Shown here: in pieces, positions 19,255 to 29,940 of the stretch
Layout of the letters: each line of letters begins with the position of its first letter
How positions within the stretch are numbered: position 1 is the stretch's first letter
From: an uncultured bacterium
GTDB taxonomy: Bacteria > Verrucomicrobiota > Verrucomicrobiia > Limisphaerales > UBA8199
Assembly: GCA_963749495.1 (NCBI GenBank)
Contig: CAVVMW010000023.1
Coordinates: 384,001 to 448,000 of the forward strand
Direction of reading: 5' to 3'
DNA: 64,000 nucleotides
Notes under the pieces: model-generated
The model's input: only the letters and a program-made list of their open reading frames with translations
Databases searched by the model: none
Told to the model about the DNA's origin: nothing
Program-made: the position numbers and the translations under genes

Positions 19255-20673
19255 ATGACGGACAGCGGCACATTGTTGTCGGAATACGTGAGGACCGGGT
19301 CGGAGCCGGCCTTTCGGGACCTGGTGGGGCGCTACTTCGACCTGGTTTATTCGTCGGCCTTGCGGTTGGTGGGCGGGGACGCACAACTGGCGGAGGATGT
19401 GAGCCAGACGGTTTTCCTCAACCTGGCGCGCAAGGCCCGCGGGCTGCCTCGGGACGTGATGTTGGGCGGCTGGCTGCACCGAGATGCGTGCTACGCCGCT
19501 CGGGCGCTCATGCGCCGCGAACGCCGCCGCCAGAAACGCGAAAGGCAGGCTATGGAAATGAGCGCGATGGAGGATCACTCGGCGTCCAACCTGGCGCAAC
19601 TGGCGCCGCTTTTGGACGAGGCGATCGAGGAGTTGAGGACGGAGGATCGCATCGCCATCCTGCTGCGGTTCTTCGAGCAGCGCGACTTTCGTTCCATCGG
19701 CCTGGCGCTAGGCAGCAACGAGGAGGCCGCGCGAAAGCGGGTGGGGCGCGCGGTCGAGAAACTGCACGGGTTGCTCAAAGGCCGGGGCGTGAGCCTGTCG
19801 GCTGCGGCGCTGGGAACGGTGCTGGCGGCAGAGACAATTACAGCGGCGCCCGGCGGACTCGCGGCGAGCATCGCCGGCAGCGCGCTTGCCGGCGCGGGAG
19901 TGGGCGCCGGCCTCCCGGCAACTCTGCTCAAAATGGCAGCTATGACAAAAATCCAATCAAGTCTCCTTGGCGCCGTCGTGCTGCTCGGGGCGGCGACGTC
20001 CCTGGTGGTTCAACATCGGGCGCAAGCCGCCATCTGGACGCTGGACGCGTCACTGCGGCGGCAGTCGGCCGAACTGGCCCGGCAACAGTCCGAGAACGAG
20101 CGGTTGACGCGGCTGGTGCCGGACGGCGCCTCCGGCTTGAACAGCCTCGGCGACCTCGCGAGCCTCCGCGGCGAGGTCGAGTTGCTCCGCAAGCGGACTG
20201 ATGGCCTTGCCGCAAGCGTGAATGAAAAGCCCAGTACGTCCTTCCCGATCCTCCAGAGGCATGAGGAGGACAAGAAGTGGCGGATTGCCCAAATGAATTA
20301 TACCGGGCGTTGGCTCCGGGCGTTCCACGCGTTTGCCAAGGAAAACCACAACCAGTTTCCAACCAGCTTCGACCAAGCCATGCCATTTCTGTCAGGGGAG
20401 AGCACCCGGCCCTTTCCATCGGAGGAAGCCACGGCCCAAACCAACTTCACGCCCGGCCAGTTCGAAATCGTCTATCGCGGCCCCGCCACCGACATCGCCC
20501 ATTCGGACCTGGTCGTCGTCCTGCGTGAAAAGCAACCCAGCCGCGCCTATGACGGCGGGTGGTGGCGGGCGCACGGTTTTGCGGACGGTCATTCCGAAGT
20601 TAACTACTCGGCCGATGGTGATTATACGGCTTGGGAAAAGCGGAAGATCGTCGGGCCGCCACTCGACCCATGA
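19255..20673 (+). CDS. ECF sigma factor with a TM segment and C-terminal extension
   Basis: AFRDLV.RY..LVYS.ALR, AEDV.Q.VF, sigma4 region, TM helix, coiled coil, GFADG motif. Confidence 0.9.
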   Translation: MTDSGTLLSEYVRTGSEPAFRDLVGRYFDLVYSSALRLVGGDAQLAEDVSQTVFLNLARKARGLPRDVMLGGWLHRDACYAARALMRRERRRQKRERQAMEMSAMEDHSASNLAQLAPLLDEAIEELRTEDRIAILLRFFEQRDFRSIGLALGSNEEAARKRVGRAVEKLHGLLKGRGVSLSAAALGTVLAAETITAAPGGLAASIAGSALAGAGVGAGLPATLLKMAAMTKIQSSLLGAVVLLGAATSLVVQHRAQAAIWTLDASLRRQSAELARQQSENERLTRLVPDGASGLNSLGDLASLRGEVELLRKRTDGLAASVNEKPSTSFPILQRHEEDKKWRIAQMNYTGRWLRAFHAFAKENHNQFPTSFDQAMPFLSGESTRPFPSEEATAQTNFTPGQFEIVYRGPATDIAHSDLVVVLREKQPSRAYDGGWWRAHGFADGHSEVNYSADGDYTAWEKRKIVGPPLDP

Positions 20674-21662
20674 GAACCGCCTTCAGAATCGGCATCGTCG
20701 GCGCGCTCATTACCCTGAGCGCGGGAGTGCCCTGGGCGTTGCACAACCATGCGCGGATCGAGCTGCGCGCGAGGCTCGATGCCCTGCGGCAACAGGCTGG
20801 CCGGTTGTCGTTCCTGGTCCAGGAAAATGGACGGCTCTCCAATCTCGTCGCCCGCGCCAAGGCCTCTCCGCCGCTCACCGGGGAACAGCTTCGCGAGTTA
20901 TTGCGGTTGCGCAACGAAAGACGCGCTCTTGCCGAACAAACGAACTGGGTTGCGGGATTGCCGGGTGAGAACAGCCTGGCCTCGCCGGCGCAGATTCACC
21001 GCGCGGAGTCCGCTGAAATGGTTGAAGCCATGAAGCGGATTCTGCCCTGCCTTCAGCCCGCCTTGGACCTGTATGCCTTGGCCCACTCCAACCAGCCCCC
21101 AGCAGGCAGCCTCTCCGACCTCGAAGACTATTTCCCAATGGTTGATGGGCGGAAGATGGCCGGGCTACACACATTCCACTTCGCCCGGGATGACGCACCC
21201 AGACCAGGGGATGCCTTGCTGTTGCGCGTGGACGTGCCGGGGGACGGCACCCATGCGCGGATCTACGGGTTCAGCGACGGACGCGTAGTTGAAGTGACCT
21301 CCGAAGATGGCCGCTTTGGCGATTGGGAGGGGCAACATTTCAGTTCGCCCCCGGCCGGTACGGAGGAGAAGATCTTCCTGGAGTCCGAAGACAGCGCTCG
21401 AGACCGGGCTCATGTCACGAAGCTTGCGGCATCGGTCGGGATTTCCCCCGAGGACGCCAGCCGTTTCTTCGACCAACTCAAGCAGCAGAAACAGGTCCTC
21501 GACCAGAAACGGGAGGAGATGTGGAAGAGCCTGGCCGGCTCAGTCGAGGAGAAGCAGAGTCAAATACGCGCTGCCGAGCAGGAGGAATTGACCAAACTGG
21601 CCACCGAGACGCTCGGAGACAAAGGCCCCGCCCTTGCTCGCAAGATGGCTGAGGGGATGTAG
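20670..21662 (+). CDS. Membrane-anchored protein resembling the C-terminal extension of the upstream sigma
   Basis: ATGA overlap; TM helix, coiled coil ELLRLR.E, GFSDG motif. Confidence 0.75.
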   Translation: MRTAFRIGIVGALITLSAGVPWALHNHARIELRARLDALRQQAGRLSFLVQENGRLSNLVARAKASPPLTGEQLRELLRLRNERRALAEQTNWVAGLPGENSLASPAQIHRAESAEMVEAMKRILPCLQPALDLYALAHSNQPPAGSLSDLEDYFPMVDGRKMAGLHTFHFARDDAPRPGDALLLRVDVPGDGTHARIYGFSDGRVVEVTSEDGRFGDWEGQHFSSPPAGTEEKIFLESEDSARDRAHVTKLAASVGISPEDASRFFDQLKQQKQVLDQKREEMWKSLAGSVEEKQSQIRAAEQEELTKLATETLGDKGPALARKMAEGM

Positions 21663-21760
21663 GAGCGGGAAGGATCACTGGGCGCATCGCTTCGGCGTTG
21701 CAAGCGCGCGGTCTTTCGGCACAATGGGCTGCGGCAGTATGGCACACCCGTGAACTGAAA

Positions 21761-24700
21761 ATGAACACCCGCTCTCACTCTTTCTGCGCCGCATTGCGCC
21801 CGGCCATCACCGCGCTTGCGACAATGCTCTGTTGCTGCGCCGCCATCCGGGAGGGCCGCGGCTCGGCGCTGGAGCGCGCCTTCGTTCAGCCGCCCCGCTC
21901 CGCCCAGCCTTGGGCTTACTGGTGGTGGCTGGACGGCGCCGCCAGCCGGGAGGGCATCACGGCGGACTTTCAAGCCATGAAGCAACAGGGCATCGCCGGG
22001 GTGCTCCTCTTCGATGCCGGCGTAGGGGGCACCAATGCGCCCAAGGGACCGGTCTTTATGAGCGAGGCCTGGCGCGAGTTGTTCCGGCACGCCCTGCGCG
22101 AGGCGGACCGGCTGGGCATCGAGATGGGAGTCAACTTGTGCAGCGGCTGGAATGCCGGCGGCACCTGGGTGACGCCTGAGTTGGCCGCCAAGAAACTGGT
22201 TTGGTCCGAAACTGTCGTGGACGGCCCCGGCGAGAAGCTGCTGAGCCTGCCGCTGCCGCCTGTGACTGCGAACTTCTATCGCGAGATCGCGGTCCTGGCA
22301 TTGCCGCTGCGCGGCACTCGGACCAACCAGATCCTGAATCTCGAATTGAAGGCCGGCCGCCAGTACGCCCAAGCTCCCTCGTGCAATCAATTGGCCGAGA
22401 TGCTGGCATGGGATGAAGCCGCGGACACGGACCAGGACACGCCGCCGGGCGAGGCCTGCTGGCTGGACGAGGTCCAGGTCCTGGCTGGGCCGCTCGATGC
22501 TCAGGGGCGGCTGAGCTGGCAGGCCCCCGCCGGGCGCTGGCTCCTGCTGCGTTTCGGCTACACTCTGCTGGGCTCGCGCACCAAATGCTGCAGCCCCGGC
22601 GCCGAGGGGCATGAAATCGATTTCTTCAACCCCGCCGCGTTCGACGACCACTTTGCCCACACGGCAGGGCCTCTGCTCGAAGACGCCAAAAGCGTCGGCG
22701 CCAGGGCGCTCAAGTACTTCCACGTGGACAGCTACGAGTCGGGCAATCCGAGTTGGACCGAGTATTTTGCGGACGAGTTCCGCGCCCGTCGCGGCTACGA
22801 CATGCTCAAATGGATGCCGGTCCTGGCGGGCCGCATCGTCCAAGGCCCCGAGGCCGCCCACCGGTTCTTGTGGGACATCCGCCGCACCATCGCGGATCTT
22901 TACGCCGCCAACTATTACGGGCGCCTGGCCGAGCTGTCACACCGCGCCGGACGCCGCATTCACCCGGAATCCTCCGGGCCGTTCTGGCATCAGATCAATG
23001 CCCTCCAATGCGCCGGCGGCAATGACATCCCCATGACCGAGTTCTGGAAGCGCGTGGATGAAGACAAGGAATCGGTCGCATGGCTCACAGGGTGCGAGGC
23101 CTTTTGCAACCTGGTCAAGCAGGCCGCCTCGGCCGCCCACACTTACGGCAGACCCCTTTGCCAGGCGGAGGCCTTTACCTCCATGGGCCCCAACTGGGAG
23201 GAGGACCCGTTCGCCTTGAAAGACATTGGCGACCGCGCCTTTTGCGCCGGCCTTACGCGCAATGTCCTCTGCTTCTTCGTCCACCAGCCCGACACACGGG
23301 CCTTTCCCGGTTACGAATGGGAGGCCGCCGGCACGCATTTCGATTCCCATATCACCTGGTGGGACCAGGGCCGCGCCTGGCTGACCTATCTTGCCCGCTG
23401 TCAACTCCTGCTCCGCCAAGGCCGGTTTGCCGCCGACTTCTGCTATTTCTGCGGCGAGGATGTCCCGAATTTCGTGCCCGCCCGTGCCCAGGAGACGCCT
23501 CCGCTGCCCCCGGGGTTCGACTGCGATACAATCAACGCCGAGACGCTGCTGAACCGGCTCTCCGTGAGCAAGGGAGACCTGCGGCTGCCCGACGGCATGA
23601 GCTACCGTTACCTGGTCCTCCCGCACCGCAAGCGGCTCGCGATGTCGCCTCCACTCCTGCGCAAGCTCTCATCGCTCGTGCGCCAAGGGGCGGCCATCAT
23701 CGGCCCTCCTCCGCAACACGCGCCCGGCCTGTCCCATTGGCCGGTGTGCGATGACGAAGTCCGCGTCCTGGCCCGCGAATTGTGGGGCGAGAATCCCGGC
23801 CTGGCCGGCGAAAACAAGGTGGGGCGCGGACGGGTGATATGGGGCCGGCCGCTCGACGAGATCGCCCGAGCCGACCGCTTGCCGCCGGACGTCGCCTTCC
23901 GGGAACTGAATCCCTCTCCGCCCTCGGGTTTTGCGCCCCGCTTCGATGGCGTCAAGTCGCCGCTCGATTGGATTCACCGGCGTGACGGCAGAACGGACCT
24001 CTATTTCGTGGCAAATCTCAGCCGGCAGGCAGTGTCCGCGCGGGCCGTCCTCCGTGCTGCGGGCGGCCCGCCCGAGTTGTGGGATGCAGTGACCGGTGAG
24101 ATGCGCGCCCTGCCGGAGTTCACCGTGGAAGGAGCGCGCACCATCATCCCCCTCGACTTCGCGCCCAAGCAGAGCTTCTTCATTGTATTTCATCCCGGAG
24201 CCGGCGCAAGGGCGCCTCGGGCGGGAACCGGGAATTTCGCGGAATTGGAGAACTCTGTCTCGGCTCGACGGCTCCTGGGAGGTCTTTTTCGACCCGGCCT
24301 GGGGCGGCCCGGCGCGGGTCACGTTCGAGACGCTCGAAGACTGGACGCACCGGCCTGAGGAGGGCATCCGATATTACTCCGGCACTGCAACCTATCAGAA
24401 GACTTTTGAGCTTTCACCTGCTGCGGTCGGCGGTGCGCCAAGGATGTTCCTCGACCTGGGCCGCGTCAGGAACCTCGCCCGCGTCCAGCTCAACGGCAAG
24501 GACCTGGCTGTCGTTTGGACCGCCCCCTGGCATGTCGAAATCACGGGGGCCGTCAAGCCGGGCGCCAACCAGTTGGCCATCGAGGTCGTCAACCTGTGGC
24601 CCAACCGCCTGATGGGCAACGCCAAACTGCCCCGCGAACAGCGCCGCACCAGGACCAACGTCCAGAAATTCCAGCAGCCGGGCCTCACCCCCTTGGAATC

Positions 24701-24770
24701 CGGCCTCCTCGGCCCGGTGACTATCCAGGCCATGACCCAAGGGCCGGGTTCCAGAAAAAAAGGCGCCTGA
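21761..24770 (+). CDS. GH106 alpha-L-rhamnosidase-like protein (1-bp frameshift near 24248)
   Basis: PWAYWWWLDG, GITADFQAM, HVDSYE, QAEAFT; second ORF has YYSGTATY, LDLGRV, VNLWPNRL, SGLLGPV. Confidence 0.85.
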
Positions 24771-24908
24771 TCGGCCGCGTTGTCCTGGAACGTGGCGAGG
24801 TCATTGGCCACAGACCAACGAAAAGGCCTCCCCGGAAACAGCAGGATCATTTTTGCACCCTTGCGGTACGGCTGTTCCGAGCTATTTTGTTCGATACGTT
24901 CCCAAGTT

Positions 24909-25346
24909 ATGAATACGACGAAAAACAATTGCATGGTTCAACCCTATTTGTGCTTCGAGGGCCGCTGCGAAGAGGCCGTCGAATTCTACCGCAAAGCGCT
25001 CGGCGCCGAGGTGATAATACTCGCCCGCTTCAAGGACAGCCCGGATCCGACAATGTGTGCGCCAGGCAGTGGGGAAAAAGTGATGCATGCGAACCTCCGC
25101 ATCGGCGAGACCACGTTGCTCGCGTCCGATGGCCGATGTCAGGGGCGGACGAATTTCGCGGGGTTTTCGCTGTCACTGACGGTGCCTGACGAAGCCGAAG
25201 CGATTCGGTTGTTCGCCGCCCTGGAAGATGGCGGGAAGGTGCAAATGCCGCTGGCCAAGACGTTCTTTTCAGCGCGCTTCGGCATGGTCGCTGACCGCTT
25301 CGGCGTCCCATGGATGATCTACGTGGCGCATCCGGTAGAGAAGTGA
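24909..25346 (+). CDS. VOC/PhnB-family protein
   Basis: PYLCFEGRCEEA.EFY, VMHA.L, DRFGVPWM. Confidence 0.9.
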   Translation: MNTTKNNCMVQPYLCFEGRCEEAVEFYRKALGAEVIILARFKDSPDPTMCAPGSGEKVMHANLRIGETTLLASDGRCQGRTNFAGFSLSLTVPDEAEAIRLFAALEDGGKVQMPLAKTFFSARFGMVADRFGVPWMIYVAHPVEK

Positions 25347-25420
25347 TTTGTTCACAAGTCCTGTGCCACGATGAAGCAGGCTCGCACCGCGTTGTCGCCC
25401 AAGGCATCCCCGGACGGGAC

Positions 25421-26248
25421 TCAATAATAGTAAGTGGTCACGCCATCCGGCCCGCCCAGCGCACGGGGCTTGAGCAGGGACTTCTTGCGGATGACAGTGC
25501 TTCCATCGGCCTGGCCCACCGGTTGGTCGGGGGTAATCGACCACCCAAGCCCGACGCGGCCGCCCAAGGTCGTCTCATCGAACCCGCCCATGTGCCCAAC
25601 GTCCCAAAATTTGGAACCCGGAGTCTTGCTCACCCGATGCGTGATGAAGGCCCTGCGGCTGTCGCACTCCTCGGTCTTGGTCGGCCAGGGCCGCTCGTTG
25701 AGCTCGGCCACCGGGTTTACCGTGCCGGTCCCATCCACGTACTTCATGAGCGGCGTGAGGTTGGCCAGCCACATGTACGGCGTATAGACATACGACGCCG
25801 TCGTATCCCATCCCCCGTAATCCTTGGTGGTGGGGTCGGCAAAGTTGCTCATGCTGTCGTAATTGCCCCAGAGCCGGCCGAAATTCAGGCGTGTGATGGG
25901 GCAGATCAGGATGGCCGTGTTCGGCACATAGGTCTTTCGCATGAGGTCCACGATGCTGCTTCCCACGTTTGGGGGTGTTCGATGATAATCGGGCGAACTG
26001 TCGTCATGCCGCGCGAATTTCCCGCTGTTGTCGTCCGCATAGGCGATCTGGGACAGGTACTGCTGCCGGATATTGTCCACGCAAGACACCCGCATGCCGG
26101 AGTACTTGGCCTTGGACAGCGCCGGCAACAGCATCGCCGCCAGAATGGCGATGATGGCGATCACGACGAGCAATTCGATAAGCGTGAACCCTGGCTGGCA
26201 GGAGCTCCACCGGCTCACCGAGATGCGTTCGTAACTCCGGGATTGCAT
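25421..26248 (-). CDS. Orphan prepilin-type (DUF1559-like) protein
   Basis: [36 protein letters not shown]-terminal ADG. Confidence 0.85.
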   Translation of the reverse strand: MQSRSYERISVSRWSSCQPGFTLIELLVVIAIIAILAAMLLPALSKAKYSGMRVSCVDNIRQQYLSQIAYADDNSGKFARHDDSSPDYHRTPPNVGSSIVDLMRKTYVPNTAILICPITRLNFGRLWGNYDSMSNFADPTTKDYGGWDTTASYVYTPYMWLANLTPLMKYVDGTGTVNPVAELNERPWPTKTEECDSRRAFITHRVSKTPGSKFWDVGHMGGFDETTLGGRVGLGWSITPDQPVGQADGSTVIRKKSLLKPRALGGPDGVTTYYY

Positions 26249-26342
26249 AGCTTCAGCATAACGGACTGGCACGGAAATGCAAACGCGAACAGTCGGCGGC
26301 GCGCGGGCGGGTGCATTTCGCTTTCTTGGGTGGCCCCATCGA

Positions 26343-26376
26343 ATCCCGAAGGGATACAATCACTCAGCCCAGGGTT
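26343..26376. repeat. Left arm of a REP element split by the IS91-like insertion
   Basis: Inverted partner at 29225-29261; the element continues at 29086. Confidence 0.8.
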
Positions 26377-26547
26377 GAACGAAGCCGCTTCGCGGCGGAG
26401 AAGACGGGACTCCTGCGGCTTCGCAGTTCGCAGGCTGGAGGGCTTGTTTTGCATTGGCCTTTGGTGGGGACTCCCCCAGACTGATGACGGTTCGCCGTGC
26501 ATTGACGCACGGCAAACCGTCACCATTAACTTGTAGCTACCGCAGCT

Positions 26548-27435
26548 ATGGATATAAAAAAAGTTCTCCTCACGCAATCCTGAACCGCTTTGCCGATGAC
26601 CTGGCTCTGCTGCCGCTCCAGCCCCGAAGCCAAGAGATCTACTGGGTCTGTGTACGCCAACTCTCCGATCACTTTGAGCGCTCGCCCAACTTGGTCAGCG
26701 CCGAGGAACTGCGCCAGTATTTCATCCATCTCAAGACCGAGCGGCACTTGGCCCGCCAAACCTCCACGCAGGCTTTGTGTGCCATCAAACTCTTCTGGGA
26801 GAAAACCCTCCAGCGGCCCTGGCCCGCGGAACTGGAGTTTGTGCGCGCCACGCCCCAATTCAAGCTGCCAGTTATCCTCTCGGCCTCCGAGGTGCGCACG
26901 ATTATCGCCCAGGTTGGCCCTCTGGACCATCGGGTCGCCCTGACGACGATCTACTCCTGTGGCCTGCGCTTGGGCGAAGCCGTCAACCTGGAAGTCGGCG
27001 ACATCGATTCCCAACGGATGTTCTTGCACATCCGGGCGGGCAAGGGCAACCGCAACCGTTATGTGCCCTTGCCCCAGCGCACCCTGGAACTGCTGCGCGA
27101 ACTCTGGCGCAGCCACCGCCATCCACGATGGCTCTTCCCAGCTAAAGGCCACAGCGGTCTGGGCGCTCTTACCGCCACCGACCATGAACCGCACCACGCT
27201 GCAACGAGCCTTCCGTCTGGCCCTGCACGCCAGCGGCATCAAAAAGGCGGCCCACATTCATACGCTGCGCCACAGCTATGCCAGCCACCTGCTGGAGCAA
27301 GGCGAAAACCTCCGCCAATTGCAGGTCAACCTCGGCCATCACAGCCCCGTCACCACCGTCATCTACACCCACTTAACCACCCTCTGTCAGACTCAGCACC
27401 AGCAGCGCATTAACAAGTTCATGGGCAACCTCTAG
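26548..27435 (+). CDS. Tyrosine recombinase with an integron-integrase-like N-terminus (apparent indels near 26560 and 27180)
   Basis: [39 protein letters not shown]...TT.IYTH. Confidence 0.85.
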
Positions 27436-27446
27436 GCGGCCTCTCA

Positions 27447-28689
27447 ATGGCCGCAGCCGCTCAGGACAGCGGCAGCTCCTTATCCGTCCACGAAGTGTTG
27501 TGCCGATGGGCTCCGGCCTATCTGGAGCAGTTCGGAGCTGCCATGCCCACCCGCCAGTGCCGGGTGCTGCAACGCCTCTTGGCTTGCCGCACCCCGGCCC
27601 TGGGCGGGGCGATGTACTGTTGCCCCAAGTGCAACCACCGCCACTTCAGTTATCACTCCTGCAACGACCGGCACTGCCCGCAGTGCGGCGGCCAGGATGC
27701 CCAGCAGTGGCTTGATGAGAATAGCGCCCTGTTGCTGCCGGTGAACTATTTCCTGGTCACCTTCACCGTGCCCAACGGCTTGCGCCGCTGGATCCGCTCT
27801 CACCCCCAAAAGGGCTATGACCTGCTCCTGGCCGCCAGTTCCCAGGCCCTGCAGGATCTGGCTCAAAATCCCAAACGCCTCGGCGCCACCCTCGGTATGC
27901 TGGGCGTGCTCCACACCTGGACGCGCACCCTCGAATACCATCCCCACGTCCACTACCTGGTGCCCGGCGGGGGCCTCAGCCCGGACCAGCGCCAGTGGAT
28001 CTCCAGCCGCCCTCGGTTCCTGTTGCCGGTCAAAGCCCTGAGCAATCGCTGCCGCACGCTTTACCACCAGGCACTCCAAGAGCAGATGCCCGAGGCCCTT
28101 GATGACCTCCCGGCCAACCTCTGGCAGCAACGCTGGGTCGTTCACAGCGCTGCTGTCGGCAGGGGCCAAAAGGCGTTGCGCTACCTCAGCCGTTACGTGT
28201 TTAAAACCGCCACCGGCAATCGCCAACTCCAATTGCTGCCTGACGGACGCTTGCGCTGGCCCTTCCGCCACAGTGCCACGGGGGCTTGGGGCCACATGGA
28301 CATGGCCCCCTTCGAGTTCCTCCGCCGCTTCCTCCAGCACGTCCTGCCGCTCAGATTCCATCGGGTCCGCCGCTTTGGCTGGCTCCATCCCGGGGGACGC
28401 GCCCAGTTCAACCGCATCCGAGCCCCTGCTCAAAATACCGCCCTTACTCTTGGCGGCCGAGCAAGCCGCTTGGCAGCCTCCGACCTCCAGCCCGCCGACT
28501 GACCCGGCCTTGGCCGCTCAAGGAGTCTCCGCCCAGCCCACACCCCTGCCTGTCCGGCAGGCAGGCCTGCTTTGTCCGCATTGTGGCACCGGGTTGGTCC
28601 TGGTCGGCTCCTGGCGCCCATGGGACAACGTCATCCACTTGCCCGACGGCTCCCCCCTCGGCGTCCGCCGCACCATCAGGCCGCCATGA
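27447..28689 (+). CDS. IS91-family rolling-circle (Y2 HUH) transposase (1-bp frameshift near 28425)
   Basis: CRTPALGG, SCNDRHCPQC, TFTVP, LHTW...HPHVH, YLSRY, FLQHVLP, C-terminal CPHC. Confidence 0.9.
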
Positions 28690-29085
28690 AAACCACGCCC
28701 TGGACCACCTCACTGCTCGTTCCGGCTGGGGGGCCAACTCCCACCCCCGCGCTTTGTTCGCGTGGCACCCGCTTCAGCGTCCCAAGGGGCCGGCGGCCGA
28801 TCCCGGAACCTCCACGACGCTGCTGCCCAGTCAGCACCGGGACTGGCGCAGCTTGGCACGGCTCTGACCCGTCCCCAAAAGCCTCGACCGCACACCGTAG
28901 TCAAAGCCAAATCCGGCACTTTCCGCAGTACCCCCAAGGATGGCCCAACGAACCTTGGGCCGCGGCTTCGTTCAACCCAGGAATGTAAAGAACACGGGGG
29001 CGGTCCCAACTTCTCCAAAGTCACTTCTGTATTCCCGAGTCCCGGATTATCTCGCCCCCGCGTTCTCTACATTCCTTTTTCTGTT

Positions 29086-29261
29086 GCGCGGAACGCGCTA
29101 CCCTGGGTCACGCGCCCTCTGAACAACTACCCTGAAAGGGTTGCATCGCTCAAACCCTTTCAGGGTAACCAACGTCGGTGGCTTGTCCCCAGGGTAGCCC
29201 CGCCCCTTCTTGCGAAAGGGCGGGGCAACCCTGGGCTGAGTGATTGCCATCCCTTCGGGAT
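29086..29261. repeat. Remainder of the split composite REP element
   Basis: accctgaaagggtt / aaccctttcagggt arms and gcaaccctgggctgagtgattg. Confidence 0.8.
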
Positions 29262-29306
29262 AAGTGAACGCTTGACATCCGCCTCTTGCCCGGCACACTC
29301 CCGGCA

Positions 29307-29765
29307 ATGAATGCGACTACAATCTTAACATCACAACAACTACGAAAGGCGGCAAACGTCAAAGAAAGGATTGACGCGCTCCAGGAACAACTGAACGAGG
29401 TGCTTGGCGGGGAAGTCCTTGCTCCTGCCGCCATAGGAGCACATCGAAGGGCAAAGAATGGGAGGAGAAAGAGCAGAAGAAGGATGGCCAGGACCGAAAG
29501 TGCTTTTGAAATGGCACCGGCGGCGGAACCAGCAAAACGGCAGCGGAGAAAGATGAGTCCGGAGGGTCGCGCGAGCATCCGTGCCGCTCAGCAGGCAAGA
29601 CGGGCCAGGGAGAGAGCCGAAGCCCAATCCAAAATGGCGCCGGTGACAGAAGAAGCAAAGCCCAGAAAGCGGAGGAACATCAGTGAGGCCGGGAGAAAAG
29701 CCATGGCCCTGGCTGCCAAGAGGAGATGGGCAAAAGCGAGGGCGGCAGGAAAGACCAAGCTGTAG
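29307..29765 (+). CDS. Basic Arg/Lys/Ala-rich protein, putative nucleoid-associated
   Basis: N-terminal coiled coil plus two RRxxSxxGR...AA...R repeats; TTGACA promoter directly upstream. Confidence 0.7.
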   Translation: MNATTILTSQQLRKAANVKERIDALQEQLNEVLGGEVLAPAAIGAHRRAKNGRRKSRRRMARTESAFEMAPAAEPAKRQRRKMSPEGRASIRAAQQARRARERAEAQSKMAPVTEEAKPRKRRNISEAGRKAMALAAKRRWAKARAAGKTKL

Positions 29766-29798
29766 GATAGAGCCTCTCCCAAAAGTTCTGATTCCGGA

Positions 29799-29896
29799 CC
29801 TTTGTCGCAGCCTTTGTCGGCACCTTTGTCGAGAAATGGCCAATCCGACAAAGGTCTCGACAAAGGCTGCGACAAAGGCTGCGACAAAGGTTGCGA
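29799..29896. repeat. Inverted array of 12-bp units CGACAAAGGNNN
   Basis: Three cctttgtcg units facing four cgacaaagg units. Confidence 0.85.
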
Positions 29897-29940
29897 CCTT
29901 TCGGGCGCACCTCCACAGTCCCCCCAATTCCAAGCCCGAG

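Larger units (their letters stand above)
26377..29085 (+). mobile_element. ~2.7-kb tyrosine recombinase + IS91-type transposase element
   Basis: GTT direct repeat (26374-26376 and 29083-29085); removing the element restores the REP arm cccagggttgc. Confidence 0.85.

Noticed and set aside
26548..26565. Programmed -1 frameshift at A-AAA-AAA in the recombinase 5' end
   Set aside because: The geometry fits, but a lost A in a 7-A run is the simpler explanation given the error pattern; needs accurate reads.
26377..29085. True integron with cassette array
   Set aside because: Only one attC-like site, no cassette array, non-canonical spacing, and the recombinase lies inside the mobile unit.
29799..29896. 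Possible CRISPR array
   Set aside because: Units are 12 bp with only 3 variable nt, partly inverted, and there are no cas genes.
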